A stretch of 64,000 bases of DNA, from the NCBI RefSeq assembly GCF_004010195.1, contig NC_057750.1, positions 5,606,595 to 5,670,594 on the forward strand. The letters are read 5' to 3'. The notes beneath the pieces were generated by a model. The model had not been told where the DNA came from. It saw only the letters and a program-made list of their open reading frames with translations, and ran no database searches. Below are positions 1 through 11,655 of this stretch, in pieces. The stretch's first letter is position 1; each line of letters opens with the position of its first letter. Position numbers and translations under genes: made by a program. Source of the DNA: Chiloscyllium plagiosum. Taxonomy: Eukaryota.

Positions 1-154
1 AGTTGATGGAAGAAGAGCCTTCAAATATTTTAAAGGCAGCAGTGGATCAATTCTTGATAATCGAGTGGATAAACGTTATCGGGGGTAGGTAGGAAGATGG
101 AGCTGAGGTTACACTCAGATCCACAATAGATCATGGCGGAAACATGGCGGGATC

Positions 155-450
155 AGTGTGGAAACAGGCCCTTCAGCCCAACAAGTCCACACTGACCCTC
201 TGAAGAGTATCCCACCCAAACCCATTCCCCTACCTTATTACTTTATATTTAACCCTAACTAACACATCCCTGGGACTCTATGGGGCAATTTAGCATGGCC
301 AATTCACCCTAACCCACACATCTTTGGACTGTGGGAGGAAACCAGAGCACCCGGAGGAAATCCACACAGACACAGGGAGAATGTCTGTATGAGTTTGCAC
401 AGTCACCTGACGGTGCAATCGAACCCAATGCTAACCACTGTGCCACCATG
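155..450 (-). mobile_element. HE1-type tRNA-derived V-SINE
   Basis: Reverse complement of ggtggcacagtggttagca...tttcctcccacagtccaaagatgtg...gggcctgtttccacactg. Confidence 0.75.
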
Positions 451-884
451 GTCTTATTAAATGGTAGCGCAAGCTCGAAGGGCTGGATGGCCTACTCCTA
501 ACTTGCTTGTTTGTACATACGTATCAGACACATTCAGCACGAGTGGAGCAGTTCGCACATTGGCATCGCTCAAAGTTCTCCTATTGCTGCATCTCTATTC
601 TACCCCATTAGGTGGTCTGTTGGTGTGGTGGTGGTATCCCTGTCCCTGAGCCAGAGGCTGTGGGTTCGAGTCCCAGCCCAGAGCGTCTTGGCCATGGAAG
701 AATGTGATGCTGTTAATCAGTCTGCTAATCCTTCCAATCACTGCCCAACAGGGAAGAGAAAGCGAATGTGGGAGGATAGATGCAACAAACAGATTCTATC
801 GTCGACGTTGCTCTTGACCCAAGCTATCCCGTCCCACACGTTTGTTAACACTCAGGAGTTTGCCAATCTGTTTCGGTACCCTAC

Positions 885-1100
885 CATTTAGTTTTGGGAG
901 GTAACGGAACTCAAAGGACTCGCTGTATTCCTTATCAGAGGGGCGGTACAACTGCAGCCTCACGGTGACGGGTTCCTGGATGTCGATGTCACAATACGGC
1001 GGCGTTTTGAAGACTATGGCGATCTGACGGTGAACATCGGTTTGGGAGAAGACTCCCTTTGCTTCCCAGTTGCCTCTTGAGAAGACGACGGCAATATCTT
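885..1100 (-). CDS. RELB: RELB dimerization-domain exon: (E)[71 protein letters not shown]
   Basis: Hand translation gives [18 protein letters not shown], with the RelB-type I in RQIAI. Acceptor tcttcctcatgcAG, donor ATG|GTAGGG; 216 nt, phase 1-1. The gene continues beyond the window start. Confidence 0.96.
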
Positions 1101-1296
1101 CTGCATGAGGAAGAGACGATTATTGAAAAGATATGCTTTCTCCCCACCCTCTAGCGTTCACAATTTGACTTTTTTCACATCTCTCCTGTCCCTACCATCC
1201 AACATTTTATAAAAAAAAGCAAAGCTTAGGGGCACTCAGGATGTCATCAAACTATCTCCCTGGGTATAAATTCTGTGTCTTACAATCTTAATCTCC

Positions 1297-1425
1297 ACAA
1301 CCACCTGATGAAGGAGCAGCGCTCCGAAAGCTAGTGCTTCCAATTAAACCTGTTGGACTATAACCTGGTGCTGTGTGATTTTTAACTTTGTACACCCCAG
1401 TCCAACACCGGCATCTCCAAATCAT
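1297..1425 (+). mobile_element. Penelope-type terminal fragment, family A, with intact minimal hammerhead-like motif (1305-1333)
   Basis: cac-CTGATGA-a-GGAGC-agc-GCTCC-GAAA-GC-TA-gtg. The same ~90-130 bp unit recurs at about 2522, 2681, 3467, 25340, 30415, 32590, 44870, 58080 and 60530. Confidence 0.75.
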
Positions 1426-1714
1426 TGCTAAGAGATTTACATAGGGTCGGTAGAGGCAGGGAAGGCGGGGAATTATAGAATGTAAGTCCAATATAAGAAG
1501 GGAGAAAGATGAAAGGAGTGAAGTTCTGTGGACATGTTTGTTGACATTACAATAAGGGCCAGTCCATTCAGGGATGGTATCAAGAGGCACTTCTTCACAG
1601 GAAGAGAAGTGGAAATATGGAACTCTCTCCTGCAAAGGGTCAAAGAGAGCAATAGATTTTTGTTTGGGCAAAATATTAAGGTTGATGGAACCGAAACAGA
1701 TAGAGTTAGGATAC

Positions 1715-1870
1715 AGACAAAAAATAGAAATTGCTGGAAAAGCTCAGCAGGTCTGGCAGCATCTGTGGAGAGAAATCAGAGTTAACTGAGTTCTGAGGAA
1801 GGGTCACTGGGCCTGAAACCAGTGCTGCCAGACCTGCTGAGCTTTTCCAGCAATTTCTGTTTTTGTCTCC
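1715..1870. mobile_element. Family C short element as an inverted pair (fold-back)
   Basis: agaaattgctggaaaagctcagcaggtctggcagca ... tgctgccagacctgctgagcttttccagcaatttct, with central ctgaggaagggtcactgggcctgaaa. Confidence 0.7.
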
Positions 1871-2521
1871 GATTTACAATCCACAATTCTTCCATGAGTT
1901 AAGATATAGATTGGCTAGGATTTAATTGAATGAATAGCTTTAAGGAGCTGAGTGGCCTTCTCCTGTCCCTGTGTCTCTTTGTAACTCTGCTGCCCATATC
2001 CAAACACATACCAAGTCCCGTTCCCCTATTACCCCAGAGATTGCTGACTACACTGGCACCCAATAAGCAATGAGTCAATTTTAAGACTCAGCCACATTTT
2101 AAAACACTTCCGCCTCCCTGCCCTTCTCGTTATCTCTCACCTCCTCCCACCCTACAATTCCTAGAGATATCTGGCCTTCTTCAAGTTTGGTCCCTTTCAA
2201 GGACAACAGCATTAGTGGTGGTTTCTTCAGCTGGTGTGAACCCCTAGGAGGGGAATTCTCTTCCTAAACCGCTGCATCACTTGGCTCCTTTAATACCTGC
2301 CTCTTTGTCCAAGCTTTTGGACCACTGTTCTAATATCTCTTCATGTCGCTTGGTGTCATATTTCATTTTTTTTTGTAATGTCTGTCTGTGAAGCTCTTTC
2401 GAGCGTTTCAATTCACTTAAGATACCTCACAAGTCCAAGTTGTTGCTTTAGCCGAAAAGCTACATGCAGATATTACAGCCACCGCAGCAAGTAAAACAAC
2501 TATAAGACTGCTTCCTCACGC

Positions 2522-2810
2522 AAGTTAAAAATCACACATCACCAGGTTATAGTCCAACAGGTTTAATTGGAAGCACTAGCTTTTGGAGCACTGCTCCTTC
2601 ATCGGGTGGTTGACAATTTGAAATTTGGAATTCTTGTGTTTCTGTCCTGATTAGTTCAAAGTGAAAAGCTTTGACAGTATGACAACCACCTGATGAAGGA
2701 GCAGCGCTCAGAAAGCTAGTGCTTCCAATTAAATCTGTTGGACTATAACTTGGTGTGGTGTGATTTTTAACTTTGTACACCCCAGTCCAACACCGGCACC
2801 TCCAAATCAT
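2522..2810. mobile_element. Head-to-head family A elements enclosing a family D hammerhead-like fragment
   Basis: 2522-2612 is the reverse complement of 2681-2773. The spacer 2616-2681 is also present at 4148-4212. Confidence 0.75.
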
Positions 2811-3069
2811 CCTCACCCAACCAACTACCTGATGCTGTGAAACACTTTGAATATTCTCAGAACCACAAACCTGATTGTGACAGCAGACAATGATGACAGA
2901 CACAATGTAAATGTCAAAACCGTAAATGCAAAATACAAATGTCAGGTGTGGGAAATAAAAACTGAAGGGAGAAACTCAATGGGTGAGACAGCGTGTGCAG
3001 AAAGTCAAACAGAGTAAACGTTTCAGGATCAATTGCCTTTCAGCAGAACCACAGGAAAAATGCAAATAC

Positions 3070-3174
3070 CTTTCTGCACCTTGTCACACAGGAGAAACAG
3101 CTCCTCCCCTCCTGTGCAAACCCCATTGTCCTTGTTCAGGCGACAGATTCGCAGCTCCGAAGTGTTAGTCGCCT
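3070..3174 (-). CDS. RELB: RELB dimerization-domain exon: (K)[34 protein letters not shown]
   Basis: Hand translation gives the TSELRICR...[13 protein letters not shown] Rel signature. Acceptor ttctAG, donor AAG|GTATTT; 105 nt, phase 1-1. Confidence 0.96.
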
Positions 3175-3371
3175 CTAGAAGTGAAATATTGAGCTTTGTG
3201 AGTTCAATGTTAGGAACAAAATCTCCACTTATCCAATTCTTTCACATCCCCGATTTCAATCGCTCCACTATTGGCTGTCCTGGCATAAGCTACCTGGGCC
3301 CTAGGCCCTGATGTTAGCGACTTAAACCTCTCCTCCTCTCAGCTAGTCCCTTAAACCTATCTTAGTTTAGA

Positions 3372-3552
3372 TCAGAATGGTGCTGGAAAAGCATAGCAGG
3401 TCAGGCAGCAGCTGAGGAGCAGGAAAAATCGACGTTTCGGGCAAAAGCCCTTCATCAGGAAACCTACCTGATGAAGGAGCTGTGCTGTGAAAGCTAGTGC
3501 TTCCAATTAAGCCTGTTGGGCTATAACCTGGTGTTGTGTGATTTTTAACTTA
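3372..3552. mobile_element. Family B element (minus) abutting a family A element (plus), head to head
   Basis: Minus strand CTGATGA-a-GGGC-tttt-GCCC-GAAA-CG-TC at 3431-3458, followed by a plus-strand ctgatgaaggagc... unit. Confidence 0.75.
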
Positions 3553-4259
3553 AACCTACGGTTCATCATGCATTTGGTCATTCTTTCTTGTGTTTTAGTC
3601 GTGAGATGCTTTATTTTAGTGATGCTAAACAAATGAACTTTGTTGTTGGGAACTGCTTTTGAAAGTAAACCCTACAATATCCCTGTAACCCAGGGAAATC
3701 TGCACCCTCGCAGCAGTGGTTTGCAAACCTGACTGTAAATCCAGCAATGTGGATCACACAGGGAAGTGTCCTCTGTAGGCAAAAGGAACATGTCCAGGCA
3801 TTGCATCTTTTTTCTGAATTAAACAGTTGTGTAGGGACAAAACAAAAACTCAGTGGATTCTTAGAAACATAGAAAATAGGAGCAGGAGTAGGCCATTCGG
3901 CCCTACAAGCCTGCTGCACCATTCCATTTAATCATGGCTCATCCAACTCGATCCACTATTCCCACTTTCTCCTTCTCACCCTTTGATCCCTTTAGCCCTG
4001 AGAACTAGATCTATCTCCTTCTTGAAAACACTCAACGTTTTGGCCTCATCTGGTTTCTGTGGTAGAGAATTCCACAGGCTCAGGGCAGTGCCTCAACTTG
4101 CCAAACAATCCACACACTTTGCTCATGCAGTATAAATTGTTGCTCCCTTTGAAATTTGGTATTCTTGTGTTTCTGTCCTGATCAGTTCAAAGTGAAAAGC
4201 TTTGATAGTATGTCTCTTTTCCTTCCCCACCCCACCCCAAGCAATACACAAGGGGCAGG

Positions 4260-4595
4260 GCCATGGATAGGGTGAATAACCAAGGTTTTTTCCCTAGAGT
4301 AGGGGAGACCAAAGCTAGAGGGCATAGGTTTAAGGTGAGAGGGGAAAGATTTAAAAGGAACTTAAGGGGCAACTTTTTCATTCAGAGGGTGGTGCGTGTG
4401 CGGAATGAGCTGCCAGAGGAAGGAGTGGAGGCTGGTACAATTACAGCATTTAAAAAGCATCTGGATGGGTGTATGAACAGGAAGTGGTTAGAGGGATATA
4501 GGCCTAATGCAGGCAAATGGGACTAGATTAATTTAGGATATTGTTGGCATGGACGAGATGGACCAAAAGATCTCTTGCTGTGCTGTATGACTTTA
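4260..4595 (+). mobile_element. CR1/HER1-type LINE 3' end
   Basis: ORF2 C-terminus ...TKARGHRFKVRGERFKRNLRGNFFIQRVVRVRNELPEE..., plus a 3' tail shared with the SINEs. Confidence 0.85.
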
Positions 4596-5835
4596 AGTTC
4601 TGTATCACCGAGGGACTATTTGCCAAAACAGCAGGTGGTGGATTCAAGTTTCAGGCCAGAGACTTGACCACATAATCCCACTGTGGCCCTGAGACAGTGC
4701 TGCATTGTCTGAGGCGCTGTCTTTGTTAATGTCTCACCCGAAAAGCTACGGTGAGATCATTTGCTGCCACCAGTGAGGGAAGATCAGGGATGGGGAGGGA
4801 GGCTCATTGTCAATGTCTCATCCCAAATGAGCCTCCCTCCCCATCCCTGATCTTTCCTCACTGGTGGCACCAAATGGTCTCATGGTGGCTTTTCCATGGA
4901 AGAGCTGGGAAATTAGCCACAGTGCACACGGACCTCAGCATTTATGCCCTCCAGCAACTTTTCAAAAAAAAAAAATTGAGCTGTGAATATCATTGCAATT
5001 TGTGGAATCCTGCTGTGTGCAAATTGGTGACAGAAATAGTGAGGTTACAGAGGAGATGTTTATCTAGCTCCACCTACCTAACAAAGTGAATGGTGAATGG
5101 CAGAAACCATACCTCTACATTAGAGTTATAGAGGTCTGCAACAGAGGGAAAGGCCCTTCGGCCCATCAAGTATGTGCGAGTCAAATACACCCATCTAATT
5201 ATTCCAATCCCATTTTCCAGCAATGTGGTAAACCACCCATTAGGAATCACTGATTAATCTCCCCATTGTTCTTGTTGTATATGACTTCCCTTGGCAACAG
5301 TCTGTCCAATTGGAACGTATCACCTGAGCCCTTTAGAAAGCATAGCCAGTGGCCTTTGCAGATAATCTTCTAATTGACTGCACGGGTGGTTGTTGGTGGT
5401 GGTTAATACTTAAAACAAAAACTGAAAAGTCATGGTGATTTGGTGGTGGGAACATCATTCAGTTCTGTGTGACAACACTTCCAGATATATAAAAGAAACC
5501 AGGTTGACCCAGATTCCAAAGTATCTTTGGAGAGGGAGTGTGCAGGGTCAATCAATACTCTTGATGCCTCTAGAGAGACACAGGGCACCACAACTTGTGG
5601 AGTGCTTTATTTCTGCTTCCCTCTCTCCCTACTTTCCCCCTCAACTTCTGGGCACTTAGCATTGTCCTTAACAGGCCTTGCATGTCAATAACCAATTGGC
5701 TACATGGGTGATTTACTGCTTAATAAATGAAGGAATAAAATGTCACGCTGATTTGGTGATGGGGAAGAAAAGGTTCAGCACTTCTGGGTATAATGAAAAG
5801 AAGAAAGCAGACTCAGGAATGGATCTGCATAATTA

Positions 5836-6140
5836 GGGCAGCAGAGTGGCTCAATGGTTAGCACTGCTGCCTCACAGCACCAGGGACCCAGGTTCAATTC
5901 TAGACTAGGGCAACTGTCTGTGGCAGAGAGGGTTTCCTCTAGGTGCTCTGGTCTGCTCCCACAGTCCAAAGATGTGCAGGTTAGGGTGGATTGGCCATGC
6001 TAATTAGCCCTGCAGTGTCCAGAGGTGCATGGGTTAGCCATGGGAAATGTGGGGGATTGAGTCTGGATGGGATGCTCTTCATAGGAGCGGTGTGGTCTCA
6101 ATTGGCTGAATGGCCTGCTTCCACACCATAGGGATCCTAT
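5836..6140 (+). mobile_element. HE1-type V-SINE
   Basis: Pol III A box (tggctcaatggttagca), B box (ggttcaattc) and V-domain cccacagtccaaagatgtgcaggttagg. Confidence 0.8.
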
Positions 6141-6570
6141 GAATTGTTGGCCCCTGGCTGGGACTAGCCCATGGGTAGTGGCTGTGTTTTGATGCTCCTT
6201 TCCATATTAAACAGCACTTAACCCATAGCCTCATACGCCACAGCATCACAAGTCCACATTTAAATATTTCTTAAATGTTGTACTGTTCTTTTTATTTATG
6301 CAAGGCAGAGGTAGATCGATTTATTAGAAACAAGGGAGTCAGGGGCAGTTGGGAATGTGGAACTGTGGCCACAAACATATCAGCCACGGCCTTATTGAAT
6401 GGTGGAGCAGGCTCGAGGGGCCGAATGGCTCACTGCACCTAATTCTTAAGTTTGTGTGAATTGGGAAGGAAGAGATATAGCGTGGAGATTTTGGACTGAG
6501 GGAGCATGCCAACTGAAAAATAGGTGCATAAACCAAAAAAAAAAGATGAATCCCTCAATGTCTTCCGTAC

Positions 6571-6696
6571 TTTTGTCATAGATTGGATCCGACAGGACAG
6601 GGGCTAGGGCCAAGTTCGTCTCTTGGATAAAGGCCTGGAAGCAAAGTCGAACCACATTCATATCAACGTCTTCCGAACACCTCGCAGAGTCACCAA
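6571..6696 (-). CDS. RELB: RELB RHD exon: (V)GDSARCSEDVDMNVVRLCFQAFIQETNLALAPVLSDPIYDK
   Basis: DMNVVRxCFQA and PVLSxPxYDK motifs. Acceptor tttcctttacAG, donor AAA|GTACGG; 126 nt, phase 1-1. Confidence 0.95.
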
Positions 6697-7585
6697 CTGT
6701 AAAGGAAACAAGAATTCTGTCAGCCTTCTGACATCGCCAAGAATTCCACCCCCCGAATGCCCTGAGCAGAGGTCAATGACCAGCAAGCCCTGCTCTCCCG
6801 CCCCCCAGAACCCCAACAAAGCTATAAATTACTGGCAAAGGCAGTGCCTGCTAAATAGGTTTGGGACAGGCAACCACTGGGGCCTCAGTGTGGACCCCTT
6901 ATGCAGAAGTGCATCACCAATTAGTGTCCCCTCTGGCAGTGGACAAATCTCCTTAAACACGGTAAACGCAGTAAATGATCAACTAGGGAAGGTTCAAATC
7001 CTGCCACGGCAGGTGCTAGAATTTGAATTCAATAAAAATCTGGAATTACGAGTCTAATAACGACCATGAATCCCATCTGGTTCACTAATACCCTTTAGGG
7101 AGAGAATCTGCCGTCCTTACCTGACCTGCCCTACATGTGACTCCAGACCCACAGCAACGTAGTTGCCTCTTAACTGACCTCTGGGCAATTAGGGATGGGC
7201 AATAAATGCTGGCCCAGCCAGTGATGCCCACATCTTGTGAATGAATGAATTTGAAACAAAAATATGCAAATAAGATATTTCTCCCAGCATAGGGAAACCT
7301 AGAAACAGAGAGCAAAATTTAAAAATAAGGGGATTCCGTTTAGGTCTGAGATGAGGAGAAATTATGTTGCTCAGAGGGTGATGAATCTTTAGAATTTTCT
7401 AGGCGAAAGTGAGTACTGCAGATACTGGAGACCAGAGTCAAGAGTGTGGTGCTGGAAAAGCACAGCAGGTCAGGCAGCATCCGAGAAGCAAAAGCCCTTC
7501 CCAGTATCTCAGATTTTAAGTATAGTTGTGTAGGGATTGATAGACTGATGGTGTAAAGTCGATATGGAAACATAGGGGAGAAAAG

Positions 7586-7892
7586 ATTAGATTAGATTAC
7601 TTACAGTGTGGAAACAGGCCCTTCTGCCCAANNNNNNNNNNNNNNNNNNNNNNNNNNNCCACCCAGACCCATTCCCCTACATTTACCTCTTCACCTAACA
7701 CTACGGGCAATTTAGCACGGCCAATTCACCTAACCTGCACATTTTTGGACTGTGGGAGGAAACCGGAGCAAACCCACGCAGACACGGGGAGAATGTGCAA
7801 ACTCCACACAGACAATTGCCTGAGGCAGGAATTGAATCCAGGTCTCTGGCGCTGTGAGGCAGCAGTGCTAACCACTGTGCCACCGTGCCGGC
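7586..7892 (-). mobile_element. HE1-type V-SINE with (ATCTA)n tail; spans a small gap at 7632-7658
   Basis: Full head-to-tail match; tail agattagattagattagatt on +. Confidence 0.85.
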
Positions 7893-8744
7893 CACAATAT
7901 TGAGGTGGACAATCAGCCTTGGTCATATTGAATGGCAAAGTGGGCTAGGTGGGCTGAATGTCCCGCCTTCTGCTCCCAAGTGACTTCCATTGGCTAAATA
8001 ATAATGTTGAGCTATTTGTTCCAGGCAACAGACTACAAATTATTCAGAACCTTCGGGCAAATTGCATCTTGCCACCCTGTCAGCGTTCGCCTTCCTCAAA
8101 TGATTCAGGAGGAGTGGGAAGGCAGCAAATTTTTTTTGTGCATGGCTAAAGTCAAGCCAAGTTACCAAGGGCATGGATGAACACACGATGCCTGATGAAT
8201 GACTTAGACTCTCAAAAGCTGGGGACTCTCCCCAGCGCTGTGAGCTTCTGAGATACAGTGTCTGATAAGAGACAGTGGCAGAGAGGGTTTGCTGGGCCCC
8301 TGAGTCATTTGTGGCAACTGATGGTTAGATAGCCAAGGCAGACATGCCACATGTTCGTTGGAGAGCTTTCTTGTTTTGAGAAAACAACCTCACTTTGACC
8401 TTGGGGTAGCTGTCATTTCTTCCCCCCCCCCTCAATTCTTTTACTCATTCACTGGATGGTTGCCTAAATCAGCATTTATTACCCTACCCTTAAGACTGCA
8501 ATTAAGGTTCAACCACATTTGCTGTGGGTCTGGAGTCACGTATGAGCCAGACCAGGCAAGGATGGCAGATTTCATTCCCTAAAGGACATTCAGTGATGGG
8601 TTTTTATATCAGTCAACATGGTGGCATTATATTTGTTTTTGTTTAAATTGAATTCAAATTTCACTGTCAGCCAACCTGGGCATCTGGCTTCCTCGTCCAG
8701 TCGTATTATTACTACACCAATTCCACTTCATTCATTTATAGAAT

Positions 8745-9250
8745 GTAGGCGATTGTGCCAGCATTTATTGGCCTTCCCTAATTGCTCCTTGAGAAGGCGG
8801 TGGTGCAAGGACACCCACGATGCTGTTGGGGAGGGAGTTCCAGGATTTCGACCAGCGACACTGAAGGAATGGTGACATACTTCCAAGTCAGGATGGTGAG
8901 TGGAGGGGAACTTGCACGGGGCGGGGGGTGTTCCCATGTATCTGCTGCTCTTTTCCTTCTAGGTTGTAATGGTTTGGAAGGTGCTATCCAAGGATTTTCA
9001 GTGAGTTTCTGCAGTGCATCTTGTAGATGTTACACACCACTGCTACTGAGAGTGGGTGGTGGAGGGTTTGGATGTTTGTGGATGTGGTGCCAATCAAACA
9101 GGCTGCCTTGTCCTGGACAGTGTTGAGCTTCTTGGGTATTGTTAGAGCTGCCCCCATCCAGGGCAAGTGGGGAGTATTCCATCACACTCCTGACTTGTGC
9201 CTTGTAGATGGTGGGACAGGCTCTGGGGAGTCAGGGGGTGAGTTACTTGA
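8745..9250 (-). mobile_element. Non-LTR retrotransposon ORF2 C-terminal/3'UTR fragment (CR1/L2 group); the family recurs at about 10500, 22050, 29220, 38030, 38920, 44540 and 49190
   Basis: Translates as MEYSPLAWMGAAP-TLKKLDTIQDKAA-LIG, with a conserved 3' end gggcaataaatgctggc. Confidence 0.7.
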
Positions 9251-9607
9251 GTCTGAATCTCTAAAGGTTCCAAGTTTCAATTTCTCACAATTGGTGTAGG
9301 CAGGCTATTTGGTTACTTGGCATGCATCCAGACACACTCCCTGTCCTCAATGCCCACCAGTAAGGGTCAAAGGGCATAGTTTCATGCCTCGTGGTATCTC
9401 CAGCTGTGTGGCATTCCTTCAGCATTGACCATGGTAACTCAGCCAAAGTGGTGTGCTTGAGTTTTTGGAGTGAATTATACAGAGAACAGCTATGATCCTG
9501 ACCCAGTAAAGAGCAAGTGCAGTCCCACCTGGCTGTGTACCAGACAACCTGGGATGCGTCGCACTCAGGGAGGTGTGGCGAGGCCAGGGGTGCAGTAATG
9601 GGAGGGG

Positions 9608-9638
<31 letters not shown>

Positions 9639-10119
9639 AGAGATAGAAAGAGAGAGAAAGAAAGAGACAGTGAGAGTGAGGAGTGGGGCCAGGGTCTTTA
9701 TAACTCCTGTAACCTCTTGCGCTCAGTGATAAAGTGGCTGTGGTTATGCCAATGAATCATTTCACTCCACAGGGGCGAGGCTGTTTTAACAGGAGAGGAC
9801 AGCAGCAGTCATCTACAATTTGTGAAGAGAGAAGCTTCCTGTTTGTGCTGGCTCTGCTCTGTCACTCTGTTCCTGGGGTTTTGGCGAGTTGCCACAGCCT
9901 ATGGGAGAGCCTCTGTGGTCTCTTAGCCGTTAAATTTAACTCTCTATCTTTGTCACGTAGCAACAATAACCGTTAGAAACTAATAGCAAGCTAAACCAGC
10001 TGGTTCCAAAAGGCACAAGGGGATTTGCATCTCCTGCCAAATTTAAGCGAAATTGAGCTGCAAACAAGGACCTTGGTAACGACTGGAAAAACCCAGGGAG
10101 TCTGTCCATCATTCTCTTA

Positions 10120-10475
10120 GTATATACATACACACACACACACCCGAACTCAAAGGCACACACACACACTCAGACATACTCATCCCCATGCATGAACTGG
10201 CACATAGGAATCTGCACACAAACACTCTCAGACACACACATCCTGAGATCCAGAAAGACATGCACATGCATGTGCACACACATGCACATGATCATACACA
10301 CACAGGCAGGTGCATACTTGCAATGTAGGCGAAAGTGAGGACTGCACATGCAGGAGATTAGAATCATGGAGAGTGGGGAGCTGGAAAAAGCACTTGCATA
10401 TACAGCACACATTCGTGAGCACACGCAGAGGTAAGCACACACACATGCAAAAGCATTAACACACACACACACGTG
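10120..10475. repeat. CA-rich low-complexity tract (TG-type tracts also at 30146-30250 and 32951-33045)
   Basis: (CA)n/(CATG)n mosaic. Confidence 0.85.
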
Positions 10476-11655
10476 TTGAACATCTCATCCGTCACTGATG
10501 TAGCAAAGAGTACCATGTACAAACTGCTCTGCAGAAATTCGTCAAGGCTTCACTGACAGCAACTTCCAAATCCATCATCTCTACCATCTAGAAGGACAAG
10601 GGTGGCAGATACATGGGAACACCATCCCCTGCAAGTTCGCCTTCAAGCCACTCACCATCCTGACTTGGAAATATCTCGCTGTTCCTTCACTGTCATTCTG
10701 ATACACCCCTTTCTCTATCAGGACTGTGGACTTACTTGCACCATATGGACTGTGCTGGTTTAAAAAACGTGGCTCACCACCACCACCAGCTTCTTGAGGG
10801 GCATTTAAGGTTGGGGGTAATAAATGCAGTGATGCCCAGCCATCTCCCATGATTGAATTAAGAATTAAATTATAGAATTAAAAGCTGGCTCAATGGTGAC
10901 CATGGAACTACACTCAATTATTGTAAAAAGCCATCTGGTTCCTTAGGGATAGGAAATCTGCTATCCTTGCCTCGCCTGTGACTCCAGACCCACAGCAACG
11001 GAGTGGATTCTTTGTTAGATATCATTGTTAGTGCTAAAGGGATGAAAGCTTATGGATGAAAGCAGGAACAAGGGACTGATGATCAGCCCACTCCAGCTCC
11101 TATGTTTTCTGTTCCTGTGTTTGACTATCCTCTTGGGGCCTATCCAGCAACACCTACGTCCCGTTAACAATTTATTTTAAAAAATACACCTTTAAAGCTG
11201 AAGGAGAATGATTTTTAATCCACTAGGGAGAAAATTTCTTTGGGGGTAGGGGCAGGATGCAGGAAACTAGTGTCGAGACTATGAAGATATCAGCCTGCTA
11301 ACTTATCAGCAGTCTTGAGGGGCCAACTGGCCTACTCCTGTTCCTAATTCCTATGCTCTACACTCAGTTGGCAAATTCATGCATGCTTTTATTTAAAAAA
11401 AAAGTCCTGTCCCTTCCAAAGGTTCAAGAACAGAAGTTGCCAGAAAAGCTCAGCAGGCCTGGCAGCATCTGTGAAGAGAAATCAGAGTTAACGTTTCAGG
11501 TCCAGTGACCCTTCCTCAGCACAGCCCCCAGAGGTTTCTCTACTTGCACTCCATGGGTCTTTCTGACCTACAGTACTTAATTGTCACTGTGAAAGTTGAC
11601 TGAACTAAAAACAACGTGCTTTTTGTAAAAACAAATCACACAAACTCTGACTCAC

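Noticed and set aside
5836..5910. tRNA genes
   Set aside because: The A/B-box heads continue into SINE bodies; no complete cloverleaf.
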